Source: Trypanosoma brucei | Lineage: Eukaryota | NCBI GenBank assembly: GCA_000002445.1 | Contig: CH464491.1 | Location: 4,192,001 to 4,256,000 of the forward strand | Direction: 5' to 3' | Length of the DNA stretch: 64,000 nucleotides | Part shown: positions 21,632-32,157 of the stretch, piece after piece | How the letters are laid out: the number at the start of each line of letters is the position of its first letter | How positions within the stretch are numbered: position 1 is the stretch's first letter | Made by a program: the position numbers and the translations under genes | The notes under the pieces: model-generated | The model's database searches: none | What the model saw: the letters and a program-made list of their open reading frames with translations, nothing else | Told to the model about the DNA's origin: nothing

Positions 21632-23848
21632 TCACTCCAGTGAAAAGTGAACAGTGTTCCCGCTCACTTCCCACACACCCACGTCCGCGTAAGTGTTCAA
21701 ACAGCGTTGTAAATGTGACTCGTCAATACCTTTTATCATAAGAGCCGGTCGCACCTCAGCCAAATCAATCGACCCCCTGGAACGAGCCAATTCCTTAATG
21801 GTCGAGAAAATTGCAGCATCAGATGTTGTCACCATGCGCCGCCCACCGGTATCCACACGTTCTTGTAGCGAAATCTTACTACAGTCTAAAAGCCGACCAG
21901 CCTCTCGTACATCAGCTTCAACGACACGGTCGGAGAAGCGGAGTCGCGCGCATGCTTGCGAGAGGCGAATGATGCTGAGTAGTGTCCGCGCGGTAACAAC
22001 GTTTGTGTGACGAACACTCTGAGCCCGCATTTCACAATAAATGTCACTGATAACCTTTGCTGCAGAGCTGTCAACAATAGGGTGAATTTTTTTGGCTTCA
22101 CCAACGTATGCCTGCAGGAAATCCTTTCCAAAGTAGTCACTTGACAAACCGTAAAACCCATTGTCGGATACCGTCCCTGGTGCCACACCGTGCAAATGAA
22201 CATAGGTTACGTGCATCGAAAGTTCTGCATCCCGTTCCCGGTTTGATTCGTCAAGCAGAAGCCAAAGGACATCGAAACGAGAAAGTAGCGCGGGAGGTAA
22301 ATTTACATTCTCACTCGGTGTCAAGTTGCGGCGCCAACGTCCATACTTGGGGTTTGCGGCGGCTAAAATAGATGTGCGGGCATTGAGCGAAGTAATTATC
22401 CCAGCTTTAGCTATAGACACCATCTGTTGTTCCATTACCTCATGTAACGCTGTCCGATCGCTATCGTCCATTTTGTCAAACTCGTCAATACAGCAAATAC
22501 CCCGGTCCGAAAGAACCAATGCGCCACCCTCAAGCATCACCTCTCCGGTGTAAGTATCTCTAGTCACAGCCGCCGTTAAACCAACACCAGAACTGCCCTT
22601 CCCTGTTGTAAAAATAGAACGAGGGGCTACCGAAGCAATCCATTTCAAAAGCTGACTTTTGGCGACCCCGGGATCCCCCATCAAGCATATGTTGGTGTCA
22701 CTTCGTATGCGAATCCCGTTGGCAATGGAACTTCCCCCAACCAACAAACAGAGTAGTGCCTTTTTAACATCCTCCATTCCCCAGATTTCTGGTGCCACGC
22801 TTCGCGTCAGCTTCTCAATAACAACCTCCTTGTCGGGATGCTGCTTCACATTATCTACCTGAATCTTCAGGTCATCTGCAGCCTCCTGATAGCTGCGCCT
22901 TTCCAACTCAATGCGCAGAGCGCGAAATAGAGTCTTCACCATTGTTGATGCCCTAAATGCTTCATGGCCTTGCCCAGTAGACGGATCAGGGCAATACGTC
23001 CCCACAACCTTTACAACCTGTCCTGGGGTTGCTATTCGTGTCTGCTCACCCTCACAAATGACACGAATCGTACGAGGAATGGCACCTCGGGGCACGTACT
23101 GGGGAAGTTCCTGTAAACGAAGCTCCTGGTGCTTGGTGAACTTACTTGCCTTATACTGAGGGAGCAGACGACCTACGGTATTGTTCAACCTGCAGCGCTG
23201 TGACTGGCACACCATTAGCGGGGTCAGGCGATCCCCAATAACTTGCTGAAATGTGGTCTCAGCACACACCTCGCAGACAGATACTAACATTGATAGCTTG
23301 GGGCGTACAGCTGTTGCGGCAATACAAATTCCACGCAACACAACGAGTGTGCCTATCAAACCCCCCTTTAACTGCCTGAGAGGCACAGGCTCAGAGAAGC
23401 TAGTTAAGGGCATCACAACCAGTTCGTAACGTCTCGTAAGTAATGGAGGAAGATGCTGTCCCGCTGTCTGCGCCTCTAAAATAAGGTGATCAATCATATC
23501 TTCTTCGAAATAAGCCTCCGGAATTATCTCATCCACAACGCGATACACCTCTTCACGGTACCCCATGACATTCATTTGGATTCGCTGCGCCAGGTACAAC
23601 TGCCCATAAAGTTGTATGTCATCTAGATCAACAGTGAAAACGTTTGTCTCCCTACGGGCTACCCGAGCCGCCATATCCATGTATTTCATCCCGCCAGACG
23701 CATCACGAAACTCTTCAAAGAAACGTCTGCACAAATCACGATCGGCCAAGTAGTTGGGATACTTGGAGGTAGCAGCTACAGCAAATGCCGCCTTTTTGGT
23801 CTGCTCTTGCGTCGGCCCGTCCGCCATAGGCAGGACGATCTTGCACAC
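21632..23848 (-). CDS. MCM7: DNA replication licensing factor MCM7 (738 aa)
   Basis: Walker A GDPGVAKSQLLK, MCM box CIDEFDKMDDSDRTALHEVMEQQ and arginine finger SRFD. The stretch NICLMGDPGVAKSQLLKWI...TTGKGSSGVGLTAAV..GE..LEGGALVL.D.G.CCIDEFDKM follows the MCM7 paralogue pattern rather than MCM2-6. An N-terminal Zn motif C-x2-C...C-x5-C is present. Confidence 0.88.
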   Translation of the reverse strand: MCKIVLPMADGPTQEQTKKAAFAVAATSKYPNYLADRDLCRRFFEEFRDASGGMKYMDMAARVARRETNVFTVDLDDIQLYGQLYLAQRIQMNVMGYREEVYRVVDEIIPEAYFEEDMIDHLILEAQTAGQHLPPLLTRRYELVVMPLTSFSEPVPLRQLKGGLIGTLVVLRGICIAATAVRPKLSMLVSVCEVCAETTFQQVIGDRLTPLMVCQSQRCRLNNTVGRLLPQYKASKFTKHQELRLQELPQYVPRGAIPRTIRVICEGEQTRIATPGQVVKVVGTYCPDPSTGQGHEAFRASTMVKTLFRALRIELERRSYQEAADDLKIQVDNVKQHPDKEVVIEKLTRSVAPEIWGMEDVKKALLCLLVGGSSIANGIRIRSDTNICLMGDPGVAKSQLLKWIASVAPRSIFTTGKGSSGVGLTAAVTRDTYTGEVMLEGGALVLSDRGICCIDEFDKMDDSDRTALHEVMEQQMVSIAKAGIITSLNARTSILAAANPKYGRWRRNLTPSENVNLPPALLSRFDVLWLLLDESNRERDAELSMHVTYVHLHGVAPGTVSDNGFYGLSSDYFGKDFLQAYVGEAKKIHPIVDSSAAKVISDIYCEMRAQSVRHTNVVTARTLLSIIRLSQACARLRFSDRVVEADVREAGRLLDCSKISLQERVDTGGRRMVTTSDAAIFSTIKELARSRGSIDLAEVRPALMIKGIDESHLQRCLNTYADVGVWEVSGNTVHFSLE

Positions 23849-23859
23849 AATTCAACAAC

Positions 23860-23900
23860 CAACTGAGAGGCGGAAGAGTAAGAAAAAAAAGGTCCTGTAT
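23860..23900 (-). promoter_or_regulatory. Polypyrimidine tract (minus strand) upstream of MCM7; candidate trans-splice acceptor region
   Basis: Plus strand reads ggcggaagagtaagaaaaaaaaggtcc just beyond the MCM7 start. On the minus strand this is a C/T-rich tract at the expected 5' position. Confidence 0.4.
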
Positions 23901-26136
23901 AACATGAAAATTGTGGATAGCAACGGGCAAATGATGACTCATACCCTCAACACCAAGAAGGGAGAGATGTGCCGAAACACTTGATGTTTTCAAAGTCCTC
24001 CTCAATATTCGGATGGATTCATTACGCTGCACAGAAGTCACACCCCACCATCATCCTGTCCCGTATCTCCATTCGGTGTGCAATATCTTCCCTTCCACAA
24101 AGATAGATAACAAATGAAAAACTTGTTGAACCAACCATAATTGTCAAAGCGGAAAGAGAAACCAGCTCAGGGAAGGTGAAAAGGGGAAATAGTAAAAAAA
24201 AAAGGTAGCGATCATTCACAAGCTGCTAAAATAGTAAAATAAACAACCTCACGCATATACACAAGACTCCTACTACATGGTCAGGATCCTAGAAATTTAA
24301 ATATATTCCAGGCCTGGAATATAAATATCAGTTTTGTCGTGAGGTGGATATGTTAAATCACCTAGCAACAACGTACCACCGACGAAACACCGTCCCCCCC
24401 CCCCTTTAGGGATTCTACTGAAGACAGAAACATAGGGAAAGTACACACATAAGCACACACACCGAGCATCCAATCCTTCAGTTTAATTAAAAAAGAACGA
24501 ACGCACTTCCTTCTCCCCCCCCCCGCCCCCGATCACAGGGTTCTAGCGGTAAGTCCCTTTGCCACCACCACCACCACAAGGTGCTCTCATGAGCAAAAAA
24601 AAACGTGTCCCTCGTTGAAGTAGTGCCCAAGACCACGAACATTAAGGAATGAAATCACCCATTGTCATATATTACCTTTAATAGGAACGAACGGTTTTTC
24701 TTTTTCTTTTTTTCGCCACAACGCACTAATCAACAAGCAACACACATAAAGAGGGGAATCAAAAATAGTAGGAGTTTAGTGAGAGGTCAGCGAGCCTCAT
24801 TAACACATTCACTTCAAGACAATATTTTATATGCCACAACACCGACAACAACGCCGCATCTCGTTTCCGTGTAAAAACGAAACGCGATGTCGGGTTTGTG
24901 TAACCCTACCCCCCCCCCCCCACACACACACACACGCACGTAGAAAAGGGGGTGGATGACATACTGAGAATAACCTGGCACGTATATACGTATATAGGCC
25001 AGCGGCATAAATTTGTTCGCGCTCTTCAAACACGGACGCACATCTGTCTTCAAGTGGCACCAAGGATATTATCGAATACCATGGAAACGAAAGTAAGCGA
25101 GAGAACCCGGTACCATCGGTTACTTACTGAACGCGGGTTTTCAAACCGCATAGCGCACTCTGAAAAGTGGCGAAAGTGCTCTATGCTATGTAGGAACCTT
25201 CATCCCACCTCCTCATGCTTACGCTGTTGGATAGTTATCAAAGCGAGAAATAATAACAATAATACGGAACCTTTCATTTACCAACAACAACCGCCGATCT
25301 GTCGACTTATTTGGTGATTCCGCGGACAGAACAAAAAGAAAGGGGGATATCACAAAAAGCAAACTGCAGCGGTGTTGAGTAAACATGCACAATGATATTA
25401 AGACACGGGGTCACAGTATTCACATGAACTGTCTCAAAGAAGCGGTCAACATCCCTTGGTATTACCTTGATCACTCAAAACCAACCAACCGCCTAGAGGG
25501 TACAAGGGGGGAGCAACATTCAATTCGGTGCCTCGTTGAAGAAACACAACCATATTCGGCAAACGAAGTGCCATCGGAAACACCCCGTGCTACAGCTGAT
25601 AAACACATTTTGGGCCGCTTCTGTAGGCAAATTACCAAAGCGTCTCAGACGCTAAGGCAACGTATATTTCGAGCGTAAAATTTAAAAGATTGGTCGGGAG
25701 AACAAATAAAATGGACCAAACTTACCTGCAGATGACAGCGCTCATACGCTTCATGCAGATGTTATTGCCCTGATCACCGCAGAGCATATGCAGTACATAA
25801 ACAATAAGTGAAATCAGATACAATCCTGAAGTACCAGTGACACTAAGCATTTAGGTATGAAAGTATACATTTGCAAATAGAACTTTCCACTTATTGGTTA
25901 CTTCTTCCAGAGTGTTAGCTCTCTGAACTACGGTAAAGTTCAACACCGCCCTTGCCTTTGCAACAATGAACATAGAAGAAAGCAGAGCGGAGTACCCAAC
26001 ACACGAAAAATGGTGAGACACATGTGTTAAAAAGATGTAGAGCGCAAAAAAACTTAAGTAAATTAATCTGAGAACACATGCCTCACTTCAATTAAAAAGG
26101 CAACACCACCGCTAAGGTTTCGTACTACCGATTGTA

Positions 26137-26535
26137 TTATTGTTTAGACAAAGTTAGCTGTGCACTTTCTAAAGTTGTACGGGCATCTTGCATTAACTCC
26201 CCTTCTTCCGCGTCGTTTTCGTGGGTGTCCAAAAAATCTTGCAGGTCTTTTATAGCGGCCCTCACTCTGTTTTCAGAGTGGGGAATCATCATTTGTGCCT
26301 CAGCTATGACATTCTCTTGTTGTTTTACTCGATCCGGGTTGGTATCCCTGATTGATTCTAGGCGTGCTGTTTCGCACACAACCTCCTTCTTTGCAAACTC
26401 CAGGTCCTTCATGTTACGTTTGAGTCCATTGACTTTGATTCTCAGAGCCTTTACAAAAGGATCTTCAGCCTGCTTTACTCGACCAGCAAAGCGATTAGCA
26501 GCATTGCCCTCACTTGTCGACATTTTACTCAGCAA
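26137..26535 (-). CDS. TBCA: Tubulin-specific chaperone / folding cofactor A (TBCA); true start probably at the internal Met (MSTSEG...)
   Basis: ~120 aa three-helix protein. The segment AEAQMMIPHSENRVRAAIKDLQDFLDTHEND..EEGELMQDARTTLESAQL parallels the conserved TBCA core (human ...ESRMMIPDCQRRLEAAYLDLQRILENEKDLEEAEEYKEARLVLDSVKLE). Confidence 0.8.
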   Translation of the reverse strand: MLSKMSTSEGNAANRFAGRVKQAEDPFVKALRIKVNGLKRNMKDLEFAKKEVVCETARLESIRDTNPDRVKQQENVIAEAQMMIPHSENRVRAAIKDLQDFLDTHENDAEEGELMQDARTTLESAQLTLSKQ

Positions 26536-26773
26536 TCTGAGACCTGTCGTAGGAAAATATCACAACTGTCTCGCCGCTCGGGGCTAGGTCTGTCTCCGCG
26601 CTCGACCCTACAACTTAAAAAGGGATGAGATATGCAAGCCCGCACACAAACAGATATATATTACCCAAGTAAAAAATATATACGAGTATACGAGAAAAAA
26701 TCTAGCCGAACCACAAAAGGATGGGGCTGATTAAGTACATCTTAGAAAAACAACCACATGATCTTAGGAGAGA

Positions 26774-27343
26774 TTAGTCATTACCCTGATCCGCCGCAAA
26801 CATCCCTTGTTCATTCAACATCCCATAGCTTGCAAGTACCTTAATTACAGTCTCGGAGGCAAAATCGTCAGTTCCACCAAACTCATCAAACCCAATAATA
26901 CTGTGGAAAGTGTTCTTGTTTTCTACTAGCATAAGCGTCGGCAGCATCAGAACATTAAATCTTTCCGCAAGAGAAGGTATTCTCTCCACGTCAACATAGC
27001 AGAATCGCGTTTCGAAATGTTGAGGTGCGATTATCTGAAGGTGGCGCTCCAATATGGAGCACCTTGATGTGCTTCTTCTCATAAAGTGAACGACAACCCG
27101 CTCAGATTCCTGCACAAACTGAAAGAATTCTTTCGGATCGGACACTTCATGAAGTCTTCCATGTCCCTTCCTTATCCATGCCTCCCTGCGTGCTTCCATC
27201 TCCTTCAGTGCCTTAAGCCTCTTTCGACGTATGTCCAGCAGCTCCTCGTCATCCATATTGTCAACACGCTCCATCTCATCGTCCACAGCACGCTCTATTG
27301 TCTCTGCGATCCGCAGAAGCGCCTGTTCTGCTGGATTTGTCAT
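26774..27343 (-). CDS. Phosducin-like protein 3 / TXNDC9-type thioredoxin-fold protein (189 aa)
   Basis: N-terminal acidic/coiled region (DDEELLDIRRKRLKALKE), then a thioredoxin-like fold without CxxC. FFQFVQESERVVVHFMRRSTSRCSILERHL...ETRFCYVDVERIPSLAERFNV.MLPTLMLVENKNT...IIGFDEFGGTDDF parallels TXNDC9/PhLP3 (FF.EV..SE.VVCHFYRDSTFRCKILDRHL...ETKF.K.NVEKAPFL.ERL.I.V.PTLAL.KDGKT...VGF..LG.TDDF). Confidence 0.8.
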   Translation of the reverse strand: MTNPAEQALLRIAETIERAVDDEMERVDNMDDEELLDIRRKRLKALKEMEARREAWIRKGHGRLHEVSDPKEFFQFVQESERVVVHFMRRSTSRCSILERHLQIIAPQHFETRFCYVDVERIPSLAERFNVLMLPTLMLVENKNTFHSIIGFDEFGGTDDFASETVIKVLASYGMLNEQGMFAADQGND

Positions 27344-27605
27344 TCCTTGTAAAGTAACCTTTAAAAACTGAACAAGAGGGAGAAAAAAATTTTTTTACCA
27401 AACGCAAAAATGCCTCATCCAAAAGGCATACATATATCAACAAAGGAGTCAGTTGGCCTTCTGCACTCGCAACCTCAGTGCTCAATCCCCAACAAAGCTG
27501 AGTCTTGCGCGACACATCTATCCTCCTACCGCTTGGAAGGGCGGCCTACATCGACATCCACACCGGGTTACTTTCTCCGGGCTGCAGTTTAAACGCTCAA
27601 CAATC

Positions 27606-28286
27606 CTACAAATGGGTATTGTAACTAGGATCTGTCGTTGCACACGAGGCTATAATATCAGCGTCCGTTTTCTCTCTAACATTGCGAAGAAACGAATACG
27701 ACGGGCAGCCCGTCGAATTGACAGGTGAAAAGAAACATACACGCATCTGCTTGACCACCAGTAACGTGCGGCGGAACGACACACCACCGCTGACTGAATC
27801 GGTTATATCGCTGACAATACTTTGAATGATGTATTTGAAGGAGTGAACATACGCATCCCTTAACTGAAGCACAACGTCAGTTACCCATGGGACGAAATAC
27901 GATCCATCCCTTGAGCGCGCATATAGTCGGATTTGCCACCTTATAGCGCTACAGAGCATTGCTCGGTCAGCAGCGGCTAATATTGCAAACGCACCATCCG
28001 TGTCATTTTTAAGATTATATACAATGGAAGAATAAAGCATTCTGGTCTCGGTATGATTAAGATTTCTCCCCGAGCCATATAAACCGCTCAATCCTTCCTG
28101 TGAGTAGTTCTCAGGGAGAACCAAAGATAAAGGTTCAGGCGTCAAAAGTTTCTCCCAACCTAAACCGAAAAGAATTACAACAATACACATGCGATACAGG
28201 CGCCGCATCGTAAATTGCTTAAATAACGAAAAGATAGTAGAAAAAACAATAGTACAAGCGACAAGACAAAAAACAAACCAAGCCAC
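27606..28286 (-). CDS. Hypothetical secreted/membrane protein (up to 226 aa; likely start at internal MRRLYRMCIVVILFGLGW)
   Basis: PTU-strand ORF with a signal-peptide-like hydrophobic N-terminus. No domain recognised. It directly follows the PhLP3 gene. Confidence 0.35.
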   Translation of the reverse strand: MAWFVFCLVACTIVFSTIFSLFKQFTMRRLYRMCIVVILFGLGWEKLLTPEPLSLVLPENYSQEGLSGLYGSGRNLNHTETRMLYSSIVYNLKNDTDGAFAILAAADRAMLCSAIRWQIRLYARSRDGSYFVPWVTDVVLQLRDAYVHSFKYIIQSIVSDITDSVSGGVSFRRTLLVVKQMRVCFFSPVNSTGCPSYSFLRNVREKTDADIIASCATTDPSYNTHL

Positions 28287-29039
28287 TTTTGGATGTCAAA
28301 ATACCCCACCACCCACTGTTACCAACTCCCAACGAACGTGGCCACCTTCAAACACCACATACGGCACAAGCCTCATCACTTACGAGACAACAACAAGCGA
28401 TAAAAGACGTCCATCAACAGTGACGCATCAAACAATTATTATACGCCGTCACTGCAACAAAAACATAGAGACGAAAAATCCGGTAATTCCCACTTCCGAG
28501 AAGCATCCATGGTGGAGAGACAACCGTTGATATAATAAAAACAAGACCAATGCCAAAAAGGCAGTGACAAAAACTACAACTCACAACAGCATGCGCGTCT
28601 CCTCACCACCATCACCTTTCGCACAAAGAGTAAAAAGATAAAGGAGCATAGGACCACAATGCTAAACAACACACACACTAAAAAAAAAACGACAAGCAGT
28701 ATACAACAAACATTCCAAATCGCCAATCATTACACAATCACCTAAATGAAAACAATAAAACAAACAGTAAAAAGGGAGTAAACCACTACACGAAGAGACC
28801 AGTAACCCTTCCAACTGCAGCAACATACGCAGCCAACGGAAAAAATGAGCAAATAAAAAACATCGACACAAACGAACATTCAAATACATCACACCAACAA
28901 AAACAAAAGATAGGTGAAAAGCGCCAGCACAAGCCAACTACAAATACACCCTGACACGGAAAACCACAAAAAAATTAATAAAAAACTAGATACGATACGA
29001 AACAAACTCTACAACAATGCACCTCGCCCCTATACAAAA

Positions 29040-30890
29040 GATAAGCGACACATGCTTTCTTTTTTTTTGGGGGGGGGGAGGGGCCTCGAAATGCACATAA
29101 ACATTTCCTCCTCTATGAGGACTAAATGATGAGTCCCTCCCCCCCCCCTCCAATCAAATGAAAAAGGAAGTAGTGCATACACAAAGTGATGAATCGTAGA
29201 TACAAAGGAAAAAAAAAGCAAACAAATCACTGTGGACAGATGTATTTGTAAGGCCAGAAACATCCTCCAGTGCAAATATTGTTTCCTTCGGTACGCTGAG
29301 TAAAAGAGTAGATGGGTAGCGAAATGCCAGAAGATTATCATACAACTATTGTTCAGGGAGGGTGTGTCACTGTAGATGGTACCGTGAAAGTTACCGGAAA
29401 GAAATAAAGGACGGATCCGTGTGTAAGACAAAAGTAGCCATATTTTACAAACTACATGTCATTCTTTGTAGCCCTTTAAAACAAGCTCCACTCGAATTCA
29501 AGGTGGGAACCGCCTGCCACACATGGAAGTTGACTGACTATGAAACTAGTCAGCAGAGGCATACGCATTCGTATTAATTCATTCCGCTTTTCCCCACTGC
29601 GCGGCGGACCGGAATGAAAACGAGGGCGGCATCATTGCTGCTGGAGAGTGGGAAAAGACTGCCCCATAATATTCCCGGCTCGAATCGTGAACATTACTAT
29701 GAAGGTTACCGTGAGGCAAAATCGCAGCACCCCGAGAAGGTACAACTCACCACGGTGGTGGAGGGAATCGTCCCTGTGCGGTTTTTATGCAATCATTTCC
29801 AGTAACTTTAGCCGCTTTCACGGAGAAGCACACCGGAGGGTGGAGCCGAGAATGTGGATGATACAGCCGTTAGAATCAACAGCGGAAGTCGGTAAAGGGT
29901 GGACCAAACCTAGTAACACCTCCTGAAGGATTCACGACACTTCCACCTCACTAATCAAAGGAAGAGAGGACTCGTGATCCAGCGGTACGTTGCGAGTGCA
30001 ATTTGCTTCACTCTCGATTCGACTCGAAAGTAAAGCATACGGCGGGGAAAACATTGGCAGGCTGAAAAGAAACGGGTAGGTGGGAAATAAAATATGGCTC
30101 CGAAGCCACTTGTGCACACAGACGCCCTTATTGCCACGGCGCCCTCATGATCATTCTTACACATTTGTATAGTTTTGAGGGAGTCCGTAAACACAGAAAA
30201 GGGAACGATGATTCCGGACGGCACGGATAGCAGGAAGTAAAAGGGAAAGAAGCAATGGGGCCACATCAGCAAATACGTGCTAAGGCACTCATAGCGACCG
30301 AAACCAAACCGGTTACAAACTTGCTTTAGGTGCCAAGTTGTATCCAAGCGTGTTGATAATTGAAAGGGATTTGCGCAGCAAAATGGAATAGGAAAAGGGA
30401 CTCTCACTGAGCAAACAATGATGCCAATAGTAAGAGCATGAGCGCAAATAAGTAACGGATTCGGAGAGTCGTGCAATACATGGCAACGCTGGCTCGTGTA
30501 ACGCCTCTCATTTCTTCTTCAACAGGGAGTGAGCAGAGATGGAATGAATCCAAGGAGGGGGAGCGCCATCATGAAAGTGCGTTACTGAAAGTTGTTCACG
30601 AGAGCTTTGCTAAATTTAACCAACCGGCTGGCCGATAGAGAGGGCGTCACTTCCCACAACATCGCTTGTGTGGGTTGCGTACGGCACCTGAAGATGGAGA
30701 GATACGGGATACTTCTTCCGATATAACTGAAACATCATGTGATTGCCGCATGCCATTTACTCCGGAGCAGAAGGTAAAGGGATGTGGGGTGGCACCATGG
30801 CCCAAGGTAGTGTTGGCCGAAAGCGTCTTAAGTGTAGCCAAGTATTTCTGAGGCAGGTGGGCCCCACCTGGCGTATTTGCAAACAGGGGA

Positions 30891-30927
<37 letters not shown>

Positions 30928-30960
30928 GGAGTGACGCCCCCCCCCCAAAAAAAAAAACAA
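29040..30960. repeat. Left arm of large inverted repeat (~1.92 kb)
   Basis: Reverse complement of about 34697-36612. Every spurious ORF in this arm has an identical or 1-aa-different twin on the opposite strand of the right arm (e.g. 29955-30476(-) equals 35173-35694(+), 173 aa identical; 29362-29577(+) equals 36072-36287(-)). Start plus end coordinates of the paired ORFs sum to a constant (65649 to 65652). Contains (TA)n at 30893-30924, a C-run plus A-run, and (CAAA)n at the inner edge. Confidence 0.92.
30893..30924. repeat. (TA)16 microsatellite inside left repeat arm
   Basis: atatatatatatatatatatatatatatatat read directly. The partner in the right arm (about 34735-34756) is shorter. Confidence 0.95.
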
Positions 30961-32157
30961 ACAAACAAACAAACATATAGAAGAGAGAGCCTTTGGAAGA
31001 AGGGAAAAAATTGCCGAGCATATCAGCAGTCAACCCCTAAAAACAAATTGGAAGCGCCATCACATCAATAGTGTAGTGGGGAGTTGAAAACAACAATCGA
31101 ATGCAATTGGGCAAGTGACAACTACGAACAAAAACTGCAAGTGGAAGACGGCTGCACTGCCCTAGACAACACTTATCAGGAAGCGCCCAACCATGTATGC
31201 GACATATGCGAATTTTGGGCATCATGTAGGGAATGTGACAAAAAGACCAATTTCTCCCGCACTTAACACACCTTTGGCCCCCACAAGTACTCCGCAATGG
31301 CTGAGGTTATCTCTACTGCGGAAATACAGGGACGTCGGGCCATGGGTGCAACAGATGCTTAAGGTAGGGTAAGTGGTGATGGGGGAGCGTTTGATTTTAT
31401 TTATTTTTAATAATTCGATACGTTCGTGCATATAGGGATTAAGAGGTGGAAGGAAAAGTGTGTGTGTGCGATTTTTTTTTTTTTGAGATGACGGAGCAAA
31501 AAATGTTTGTCCGTACATGTGTGCTAAGCAATATAAAAGGGTGGGGGTTAATATCAAGTGGCAGTGACAGTTGTTATCGACGTTTGATCAGCAGGAGGGT
31601 TCTTCCAGATTTTCCTACATTGTTGGAGGCAATATATTTTTTTGTGTTTTTGTGGTGGTTTATAGCAGATATGTGCTGTTATGCTTAGAGGAGAATATCG
31701 TGATCCAGGCCAGTACTGACGGAGAAAAAAAGCTCCATGATTTTTTCCTATCCGGTGGGCAGTGGCCTTCTGTCAGTCACTGCTGGCCGTTGTCATCTGC
31801 GGCAATTTGGCGTTTACCCTTTGCGGTTATTTTGTCAAAAAAAAATCAATTGAACTGAAACAGGCACCGCATAATCTTTAAAAAAACGTGTTCCTTGTGT
31901 GCTGCTTGCCTGCTATTCACGATGTAAGGAAACATAACGATACAGCTGAATATACTTAAATTTTCTATAAAACATACAAGTGCCCCCCCCTGACGAGATG
32001 CAATGAACACAGCGGTACACTTCACATACTTCTGCACCATATATATTGTTACAATATGCACATGTTACAACTTCCTTTTCAATGCTATACTTGTGGTGTC
32101 AATACATGCAGAAAGACATGCAATAAACTAAGATACGACAAGAAAGAAAATTAAGAT

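Noticed and set aside
29955-30476. 173-aa ORF present twice (29955-30476 minus, 35173-35694 plus) that looks like a duplicated gene
   Set aside because: Identity is explained by the inverted repeat. The translation is hydrophobic and low-complexity (FPIPFCCANPF, FFPFYFLLSVP) with no domain. Overlapping ORFs in other frames are equally long. Treated as non-coding repeat sequence.
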